Shown here in pieces: positions 55,216 to 64,000 of a stretch of DNA of 64,000 bases. The DNA is from an uncultured Solirubrobacteraceae bacterium. GTDB taxonomy: Bacteria; Actinomycetota; Thermoleophilia; Solirubrobacterales; Solirubrobacteraceae. Below the pieces are notes generated by a model. The model saw only the letters and a program-made list of their open reading frames with translations, searched no databases and was not told where the DNA came from. The stretch covers positions 346-64,345 of the forward strand of contig CAVYET010000019.1 of the NCBI GenBank assembly GCA_963767655.1, given 5' to 3'. The translations under genes and the position numbers were made by a program. Every line of letters begins with the position of its first letter. The stretch's first letter is position 1.

Positions 55216-56964
55216 ATGGCTGACGGGGTGGAGTCTTCGACACCTGTGGAGGTGCCGCGCGAGCCGGGCGCGGGGGAGGCCAGGACCTTCCACGGCGGGC
55301 GGCTGATCGCGCGGCGGCTGAAGGCGCACGGCGTCAGCAGGCTGTTCACGCTCTCCGGCGGGCACCTGTTCTCGATCTACGACGGCTGCCGCGAGGAGGG
55401 GATCGAGATCGTGGACGTTCGCCACGAGTCGACGGCGGCGTTCGCCGCCGAGGGTTGGGCGAAGGTGACGCGCGAGCCGGGCGTGTGCGCGCTAACCGCC
55501 GGACCGGGCGTGACAAACGGGATGAGCGCGATGGCCTCGGCGCAGGCGAACCACTCCCCGATGGTGGTGCTCGGTGGCAGGGCGCCAGCACTGCGGTGGG
55601 GCCAGGGATCGCTGCAGGAGATCGACCACGTGCCGTTCGTGCGCCCGCTGACCAAGCTCGCGTCCACGGCGCAGGGAACGGAGGAGATCCCCGGCCTCGT
55701 CGACGACGCGTTCGCAGCCGCCCTGGCGCCTCACGGCGGACCGACGTTCGTGGACTTTCCGCTCGACTACGTGTTCATGGAGGCGCGCTGAGCAGATCGC
55801 CCCGTCGGCAGCAGAGAGCGACGGCGAGCGGTTCGCCCCGGGCGAGCAGCCCGTGGTGGGCGCCGGCGCGGCGGCCGCGCGGGGAGCGGATGCTGCGGCG
55901 ATCGAGCGGGCGGCCGAGCTGCTGCGAGAGGCCGAGCGACCGGTGATCATGGCCGGCACCGACCTGTACTGGGGACACGGGGAGCAGGCGCTGCTGGAGC
56001 TCGCGCAGACGCTGCGGATCCCGGTGTTCCTGAACGGGCTGGCGCGCGGATGCGTGGCGGCGGACCATGAGCTGTTCTTCTCGCGCACGCGCTCGCAGGC
56101 CCTGAAGGGCTCGGACGTGGCGCTGGTCGTGGGTGTGCCGATGGACTTCCGGCTGGCCTTCGGGGGAGCGTTCGGCGAGGAGACGGAGATCGTCGTGATC
56201 GACGTGGCCGAGCCCGAGCGCCAGCATCCGCGGGCGCCTGCGGTGGAGTGCTACGGCGCGCTGGCGGTCGACGCTTGAGGATCTGCGCGCGGCCTGCTGG
56301 CGCGAGAGGCGCTGGCGAGCGAGAGCTGGATCTCCGAGCTGCGCAAGGAGGAGGGCGAGCGGCGCGAGGGCGAGCGCGGGGAGCTGCGAAGACGAGAGGG
56401 CGCCGCTGCATCCGATGCGGCTGTACGCAGAGCTTGGAAGGGTGCTCGAGCGCGACGCGATCGTGATCGGTGACGGCGGCGACTACGTCTCCTACGCGGG
56501 TCGCGTGATCGACAGCTACGAGCCGGGCTGCTGGCTTGACCCGGGGCCGTTCGGCTGCCTGGGTGCGGGGCCGGGCTACGCGCTGGCGGCGAAGCTCGCG
56601 CGGCCCGAGCGCCAGGTGGTGCTGCTGGTGGGCGACGGGGCGTTCGGGTTCTCCGGGATGGAGTTCGACACGTTGGCGCGCCACGGGGTGAACGTGGTGG
56701 GCGTGATGGGGAACAACGGGATCTGGGCGCTCGAGAAGCATCCGATGGAGTTTCTGTACGGCTACTCGGTGGCCGCGGAGCTGCGTCCGGGGACCCGCTA
56801 TGACCAGCTCGTGGAAGCGCTGGGCGGGCACGGCGAGCTCGTGCGAGCGCCCCGAGGACGTGCGCCCGGCGCTCGAGCGCGCGTTCGCGGCGGGAAGGCC
56901 GGCGCTCGTGAACGTGCTGACCGACCCGAGCGTCGCGTATCCGCGCAGGTCGAACCTGGCCTGA
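55216..56964 (+). CDS. Thiamine-diphosphate enzyme (acetolactate synthase-like, IlvG/HACL-like; frameshifted)
   Basis: [48 protein letters not shown]. Confidence 0.9.
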
Positions 56965-57032
56965 GGGCGCTCGCTCCCATACCCGGGCGCAGTTCCTGCC
57001 CCCGGCCCGGCAGCGCCAGGCCTCGCAGTCCG

Positions 57033-57970
57033 TCAGCCGAGGCCGGCGAGGCGGAGGGCTCCACCGAAGAGGATGTCGTGCTCGGAGACTTCGACTTCGT
57101 CGAGCTCGAAGGCGCGGAGGGCCTCCTCGAGCAGGATCATGCCGGCGACGATCGTGGGAGCGCGATCGGGGTTCAGGCCGACGACCGAGCGGCGGCGCGC
57201 TTCGGTCATGTCGGCGAGGCGGGCGAGCAGCAGTTCGACGGTGGCCAGCTGCAAGCGGGTAGCCGTGGACGCGGGCGGGATCGTATGGGTCGAGCTCCTG
57301 GTCGATGGCGGCAGCGGAGGTGGCCGTGCCGGCGACGGCGATGCCGCGCTTGACAGGAGCGCGCTCCTCGCGCGGCAGCCCGTCGAGCAGGATGGTGCGC
57401 GCGTCGAGCGCGAGGCGCTGCAGCTCCTCCGGACGCGGGCGGGTCGGAGTGGATGTGGCGCTCGCTCATGCGCACGACGCCGACGGGCAGGGAGACGTGA
57501 AATGCCGGCGGTGTCGGCCGACGCCGACGATGAACTCCGTGGAGCCCCCGCCGATGTCGATCACGACGGTGGGCTCGGTGGCGCCGGGGCGAGCCGGACA
57601 TCGCGCCGAGGAACGTGAGCTGGGCCTCTTCGCGAGCCGCTGAGCACGCGCGCGTCGAGACCGAAGTCCTCACGCACGCGCGCGGCGAAGGCGGCGCCGT
57701 TGGAGGCGTCGCGGACGGCCGAGGTGAGCACCGCGAGGTTCGCCTTGCAGCGTCGTGCGGAGTCGATCTCGGCGCGGTAGTCGGCGAGCGTGCTGAGCAC
57801 GCGTGCGATGGCCTCCTCGGAGAGCGAGCCTCCCGAGTCCACCCGCCGCTCCTAGGCGGGTGACCTGCGAGCGTCGGAGCAGTTCCTCGACCGCGCCGGT
57901 CGGCAGGGTCGACCTCGGCGATGAGCAGGCGGGTGGAGTTGGTTCCGATGTCGACGACGGCGACGCGCAC
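57033..57970 (-). CDS. ppx: Ppx/GppA family exopolyphosphatase (frameshifted)
   Basis: [50 protein letters not shown]. Confidence 0.9.
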
Positions 57971-58125
57971 GGTGGGCGGGATGCTAGATGTTCGGCTGCC
58001 GACGGCGCCGGCGAGGGGCCGGGCGCGTTTTTGGGAGACAATTGCGCGCGGCGCCCGCGATGACGGTGGGTGTCGCCGGCCACATCGCGCGATGGGGACG
58101 AGTCCAGGGCGAGCGAAAGGAGCAG

Positions 58126-58851
58126 ATGAGCGAGAGCGGCGATGGCGCCGGGTGGCGCTGGTGAGCGGGAGCGAACAGGGGGATCGGCAAGGAGGTCGCC
58201 CGCCAGCTGGCGGCGCTCGGCTACGAGGTGCTGCTGAGCGCCGGGACGCTGCCAAGGCGAGTGCGGCGGCGCAGGAGCTGACGGAGAGCACCGGGGGTGC
58301 GAGGTGCGGGCGCTTGACGCTCGACGTGGCCGACCCGGCGAGCATCGAGGCGGCGGCGGAGCGAGGTGCGAGGCGAGCCCGGGCGGCTGGACGTGCTCGT
58401 GAACAACGCGGGAGTCGGAAGCGACTTCGGGGTGTCGCGGCACGGCGCCGGACTTCGACGCCATGCAGAGGGCGCTGGACACGAACTTCTTCGGCGCCTA
58501 CCGACTGACGATCGCGCTGCTGGGGCTGCTGCGGGAGAGCCCGCACGCGCGGATCGTGAACGTGTCGAGCGGCATGGGAGGGGTGGCGGAGATGGGCGGC
58601 TGGTCGCCGGGCTACCGCGTGTCGAAGGCGGCGATGAACGCGATGACCCGCATCCTGTCGACCGAGCTGAAGGACGAGGGCATCCTCGTCAACTCCGCCT
58701 GTCCGGGCTTCGTGAACACCGACATGGGCGGACCGATGGGCGCGACAGAAGCCGGTGGAGGACGGCGCGAGGGGATCGTGTGGCTGGCGACGCTGCCCGA
58801 CGACGGGCCGACGGGCGGGTTCTTCCGCGACGGCCGCCGGTGGCCTTCTGA
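58126..58851 (+). CDS. SDR family oxidoreductase, carbonyl reductase-like (frameshifted)
   Basis: ALVSG.NRGIG, LDVLVNNAG, NVSSGMG, YRVSK, CPGFVNTDMGG. Confidence 0.9.
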
Positions 58852-58890
58852 GGCGGGAGGCGTCGTTTTTTGCTAGAACATGAGGAGCGA

Positions 58891-58964
<74 letters not shown>

Positions 58965-58968
58965 CTAA

Positions 58969-59006
58969 GCGAAAGGTCCGGATTTCCGGGCCTTTCGCCG
59001 TTTCTT
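58969..59006 (+). terminator. Intrinsic terminator after tRNA-fMet
   Basis: GCGAAAGGTCCGG-ATTT-CCGGGCCTTTCGC then CGTTTCTT. Confidence 0.75.
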
Positions 59007-59138
59007 GAGCGGCTGTAGCATCGTCTCTTGCCGCCAGGGGTAACGCGCCTGGGTAACACCCGCTATGCTAGATGCCGAACGAAAAGGCCCCGGCAGCGCT
59101 GATACGCCCCGGGGCAAGGACATGCCGAAAGGACCGAC

Positions 59139-60397
59139 ATGCCCGCGCCTAGCCTACCCAGCTACAGCCTCCAGGTACGCGAGCAGGGCGACGCGGGCCT
59201 TCTACGACGTTTACTTCCGATGGCCCGCCGGCCGGCTGGTCAAGCGACGCGTGGGACCCGCGTGGGTCAACTCGAACGGTGAGCCGCGTCGCGGCCAGCC
59301 GCACGACGGATACTTCGATGTGGCCCGCGCTCACGATCGCGCGCGGGAGATCGTCGCCGAGCACGTCGCGAGCACGGAACCGCAGAACGCCGGCCCGACG
59401 TTCCGCGACGTCGCGCACGAGTACCTGCGTTGGCTCGAGGACGTCCGGGGCGCCAAGCCGAGCACCCTTCGCGACCACCGCTCGACGCTCTCGGAGCCCG
59501 ACGTCGCGGTCCGGGGCGGGAGGGCCAAGACGAACGGGCACGTCATGCGCGCGCTCGGCGACCGTCCCGCCGCGGAGGTCACTCCGCGCGAGGTCGAGGA
59601 CCTGCTCGCGTCGGTCGAAGAGACCGGAGCCGGCCCGCGCACAGTCAACAAGTACCGCGAGATCGTGCTCGCTGTCTACACATACGCGTGCCGGCCTGCG
59701 ACGTTCGCGCTCACGAGCAATCCCGCGCAGGCGACCGACAAGCGCCGGCTGCCGCAGCGCGACGACGCTCGACACCTACAGCGTCGCCGAGATCGAGCAG
59801 CTCGCGGACGCGCTCGCTGCCGGACGTGCACCGCGATCCCGCGCGGCCAGCGTCGACCGACGCTGAGAAGGCCGAGGATCGACAGGACGCGGAGCTGGTG
59901 CGTGTGGCCGCCTACACGGGGCTGCGCCAAGGCGAGCTGCGGGCGCTTGCGCTGGAGCGATGTGGGCGACGACGTCCTGACCGTCTCGCGCGCGCTGTCG
60001 GCTGGCGTCGAGTCCGGAACGAAGGGCGGCAAGGCGCGACACGTCCCGCTCGTTCCGCAGGCTGCCGGCGCCCTGGAGCGGCTGCGCGAGCGCGGCGACT
60101 TCACCGCACCGGACGAGCTGGTGTTCTGCAACTGGCTCGGGCGGCCGCTCGACGAGTCCGCGCTCCGCCGCCGGTTCATGGCTGCTCGCGACGCGGCCGG
60201 GCTGCGCCCGCTGCGGTTCCACGATCTGCGCCACACCTACGGATCGCTGCTCGCGGCCGCGCGGTGTGCCTGTGACCGACATTCAGGCTGCGATGGGACA
60301 CGCGGACGTCCAAACGACAGCGCGCTACCTGCACGCGCGCCAGGCGAGTGAGCAGGTGGATCGCTTCGCGCGCGCCTTCTCCGAAGGCGCCGACTGA
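59139..60397 (+). CDS. Tyrosine recombinase/integrase (frameshifted)
   Basis: AAYTGLRQGEL, TKGGKARHVPL, RFHDLRHTYGS, MGHADVQTTARY. Confidence 0.93.
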
Positions 60398-60398
60398 G

Positions 60399-60611
60399 TC
60401 ACCCTCGCTCCACCACTGCTTCCAGGGCAGCCCGGCTGAAGCGGCGGTGGCGACCGATGCGGACGGAGGGCAGCTCGCCACGGGCGGCGTACTCGTGCAC
60501 CGAGCGCACGGGGATCTGCAGGTACTCGGCGACATCCGCCGCGGTCATCACATCCTGTGCTCGTGCCGGCGCGGTCGTCGTTGCCGGGGCGCTCACGCGG
60601 CGCTCTCCCAT
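60399..60611 (-). CDS. Excisionase-like HTH protein
   Basis: VMTAADVAEYLQIPVRSVHEYAARGELPSVRIGRHRRF. Confidence 0.88.
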   Translation of the reverse strand: MGERRVSAPATTTAPARAQDVMTAADVAEYLQIPVRSVHEYAARGELPSVRIGRHRRFSRAALEAVVERG

Positions 60612-60931
60612 GTCCGAGCACCGAGGGGCAGGTTAAGCCGACCCTCCTTGCAGTGCCGTCCGCTGACCCGCCTGTCGCGCCAGCGTGTCGTGCGCTCGAG
60701 GTGGCCGACGTAGCCGCGGAGCTCCGGGAGCTCGCGCTTGTCAAGATGGTGAGCGGCCGCTCCGACCACGAGCTCAGGGCGGAAGAGCTCTGCGTGGCGG
60801 CGGTAGTGGTCAAGCGCGGCGGTGAGCATCCCACCGAGAAAGCCGAGCAACGTGCCGCTGCGCAAGCCGATTAGGGAACGCCGAACCGCACCTGCTGCGC
60901 GACGCCACCGCTGCCGGCTTGCCCGGTGAAC

Positions 60932-62058
60932 CTACGGCCTGAGCCCGGCCGCCGCCGCGCGTTCGCGAAGGTAGTCGCGAAGGTAGGGCAGCGCGAAGTC
61001 GACGTAGCCGTGGCCTGTTGACTCGATGAGCTCTGAGGCGATCAGGCGAAGTCGATATTGGCTTGCGAAGTTGGCGTCGATCTCGAGACGCTCCTGGATG
61101 TCTTTCATCCGTGACGGTCCGTCGTCCTTGGCCATGGCGAGGAGGAAAGACTTGTCGATGTCCGAGGCATCGGCGAGTGCGGGCTCATAGACAAGTCTGC
61201 CGAGCCGACGTAGGGCGTCTGAGACTCCCTCGTGTGCACTCTGCATCGAGATCTCGGGCTCGGACCGTCGACGGCGCCATACCTGCGCACCGACGAGCTG
61301 GATGAGGAACGGGTAGCCGCGTGTGCCTTCGACCATCACGTCGAGCACATCGTCCGCGACTTTGCGCCCGCTTTCTTCGACGGGAGTTCTGAGTGCGCGC
61401 GCGACGTCCCCGGAGGCGACGGGTCCCAGGGCGTGTCGCTCGGCTCTACGGAGGAAGGTCAGCACTTCGTCGTTGACTACATCGGTGATCGCTGAGGCGA
61501 GACCGGCCCCGACGAACGCCAGCTGCCGGTCCTCTCTGAAGGCGTGCTGGACGGTCGTGGCGAGCGCACGTAGCTCGGCGATCTGGTTCTGGTGGATCTC
61601 GTCGAGGGTTATGAGCAGCCCGGTCTCGGTCTCGGCGAGCAGATCGGTGATGAGTTCGATCTGGCTGCGGAGCGACGCCTCAGGAGCGTGACTCTCCGTG
61701 GTGCTCCACGTCACGCCGCCAGCACCCAGAGGCGCTGTGATGCCGGTAACGCGGCGCCGCACAGCCTTCGGATCAAAGCCGGCCAGGAGCCTCGGCAGCT
61801 GCTGGCGGGCGATCCGATCCACAAAGCCCGGCGAGGCAGTCTCGCTGACGAGGAGCCAGCCGAGTTCCCTTGCGCGGTCCTCGACTGCGTTCAGCATCAC
61901 TGTCTTTCCGGAACCGCGAGCCCCCGTGTAGATTGTGGCTCGCGCGGCCGAACCGGGCCGTCCTCGAGACCTTCCACAAACTCATCGAGCAGCGCGTCGC
62001 GGCCTACGAGTACGGGTGGGCTCACACCGAAGCTCGGCTTGAACGGATTTGCTGCCAT
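60932..62058 (-). CDS. AAA-family ATPase with C-terminal winged helix (frameshifted)
   Basis: NPFKPSFGVSPPVLVGRD, TGARGSGKT, ITLDEIH, GYPFLIQLVG, YRLRLI..GYVDFALPY. Confidence 0.88.
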
Positions 62059-62075
62059 GACTACAGACTACGATG

Positions 62076-62110
62076 TTTAGAGTTCTTTAGATCTTTTAGA
62101 CGTCTTTAGA
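62076..62110. promoter_or_regulatory. Four phased TTTAGA repeats upstream of AAA ATPase
   Basis: TTTAGA at 62076, 62086, 62095, 62105. Confidence 0.6.
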
Positions 62111-62136
62111 CAGCGGGCCCGAGCCAGGGCGTTGTT

Positions 62137-62737
62137 CTAGATCCCGTCCGCGGCCGGCAACGACCACTCCAGACCGAAGTCCACTACGGTGCGCGAGAGA
62201 AGCCGACCTCCGCTAGCCCACGTCTCCAACACGGGCGGCGCCAGGCGTAGAGCCTCGAAGTCGCTCATGCCGACATCTTCAAGCCAGGTCGCGCAGACGA
62301 CCGCCAAAGCCGTCGTCGCGTCGCTCGGTCTCCTTGTCGGGGTTAAAGCCGGTCAGGCCGGGCGTGCAGAGCATCGTTTTTCGGCTGGCGCTTGCGAACG
62401 TCTCCCGCCGAGTCCTGCCGCGCGACCCGACGCGACCCGCCGGTAGCGGCCAAAGGTTGAGCGCGTAGTCGCCCGGGTCAAGGCGACGCGGCCAGCTCGC
62501 CACCCCGGAGGGGTTGCGCCGCTCCCAGTAGGCGAGCAGCTTCGGCCACTCCTCGGCGGAGGTGACTTGCCCGAGCAGCTGGACGTCGACGGCCTCGGAC
62601 TCGGGCCAGAGCAAGGCGCTCCTTCTGTCGCTTCAGCGCTTGCGCTGAGCGCGCGCCGGGCGTCCTTGCGGTGTCGCCGCGTTCTGTCCCGAGGCCGAGG
62701 GGTCGCTTCGCGGCGGGAGAAGTCCTCGCAGGGTCAT
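62137..62737 (-). CDS. Hypothetical protein (frameshifted; extent uncertain)
   Basis: ORF 62279..62614 LWPESEAVDVQ..WPKLLAYWERRNP continues in another frame to a TAG at 62137. Confidence 0.4.
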
Positions 62738-62887
62738 GATCGCTTGGCGCGGCTTGCGCCGCGATCGCGTGCCCGACGAAAGTGACGCCGCTGACGGTTG
62801 GCGGTTTCCGACGACGGGAGCTTGCGACATTTCTCGCAAAGTCGGCGTAAGGTTCGTTGCTCGGAACGCTTCTAGGTCGGCTTACTC

Positions 62888-64000
62888 ATGGATGAGCGGC
62901 TTTCGACAACCGTGTGGCGCATCCCCGCCCTGCGTTTTCGGTCGGGGCGGACGCGCATGATCCGGCCGTGGCAGCGCAACGGCCGCTGGTCGCCGGAGGA
63001 GGCGGCCGCGGAGCTGCACAGGCGTCGCGCCGGGCTGATCGGACAGTTGCGACGCCGCAGCGAGGCGCGCGGCGTCCCCGCTGGCGCGCAGGAAGAGATC
63101 GTGGACGATGCGATCACGGCCGTCGTGATGGCTCCGCGGGGCGTCGCCAACGAACACCACCTACTTGGCGCGTTCTGGCTCGCGGTCGATCACCGTTGCA
63201 GACGGTACCGCGAAGGACGGCACTTCACCCGCCTCGGCTCGAGGCGGCGCGTGGAGTTCGACCTGGCCGCCCACGAAGGCCCCGGACGGCGCCAACCCCT
63301 TCGACGCGCTGGAGCTGACGGACAGGTTCGCGCGCGCTGCCGACCTGATGGCCGACCTCGACCCGCGCGAGCGTCAGGTCGTCTCCGTGATGGCGAGCAA
63401 CGGGGTTGGCCCCGTCTCGGCGGCGCGCTTGCTGGGGCTCCCGCTGGGAGAGGTGCGTTCTGCGGCTCGCAGCGCCAACCTCAAGCTCGATCGCGTCGCC
63501 GCCATCTCCGCCGCGGGGCGCATGTGTCAATTCCGCGCCAGAGCGATTGCCGCCGACGCGGCGGGAGCAGCAGAGCGAGCATGAGGCGCGACTGGCCCGA
63601 GCTCATGTGAGCGCCTGCGTCCCGTGCGGGAGGGTCTACCGTCAACTACGCCGCGAAATGCGCGGGCGCGAGTTCCAGCGCGCGGCCGTGGCGGCGTTCC
63701 TCCCGCTGCCGGCGATCTCCGTCGGACACGTCGGAGGCGCCGGCAAGCTCGCGATCTGGATCGAACAACGGATCAACTTCATGCCCCGCGGCGGCGGCGA
63801 GCGCGCCGCGGAGGCGCTTGGCGGCGCGGGAATCGCCAAGGCCGCCGTCGCGGGCACCGCAATAGTGGCCGCCGGGGGTGCCCTCACCGGCCATCTCGTT
63901 CACTCGATCGAAGGTGCGCAGTCTCAGGCGCACCACCGCGCCCATGTCGCGCGGCAGGTAGGCCAGCCTGCCGCTCTGCTGCAGGGGCGAATCGCACTAG
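62888..64000 (+). CDS. Divergent ECF-sigma-like protein fused to ZAS zinc finger and hydrophobic segment (frameshifted; runs off end)
   Basis: EEIVDDAI (region 2-like), LDPRERQVV..AARLLGLPLGEVRSA (region 4), AHVSACVPC, GAGIAKAAVAGTAIVAAGG. Confidence 0.7.

Larger units (their letters stand above)
58965..64000. mobile_element. Integrative element at tRNA-fMet (left end only)
   Basis: Tyrosine integrase and convergent excisionase immediately after tRNA; GGGTAAC repeats at 59038 and 59051; altered codon usage. Confidence 0.85.

Noticed and set aside
60593-60865. 90-aa ORF between excisionase and ATPase
   Set aside because: No motif and ambiguous frame; cannot support a call

Overview
High-GC actinobacterial chromosome segment. 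Gene content and style suggest Thermoleophilia/Solirubrobacterales (inference). Many single-base indels split obvious housekeeping genes, most likely long-read consensus errors, so many CDS boundaries are reconstructed across frames. Core content: FKBP PPIase, a large Alu-type SRP RNA, dnaX-ybaB-recR-ask, wecB, a non-classical (type E) succinate dehydrogenase, aidB, icd, mdh, the rsmI-metG-tatD-rsmA-ispE ... tRNA-Gln-glmU-prs-rplY-pth-mfd-PrsA-eno-ftsB block, csrA, an ECF sigma/anti-sigma fusion, tRNA-Leu(UAA), ppx and tRNA-fMet. Accessory DNA: (1) the first ~3.35 kb (LamG-like proteins, GH26) ends at an abrupt join where two genes appear truncated, a probable chimera or rearrangement; (2) a ~4.0 kb island with no recognisable integrase, inserted into the 3' end of prs and bounded by a 14-bp direct repeat, carrying mini-ORFs, an internally duplicated gene junction and a DUF433/PIN toxin-antitoxin pair (the strongest candidate for something undescribed); (3) a tyrosine-integrase element at tRNA-fMet that runs off the right end.
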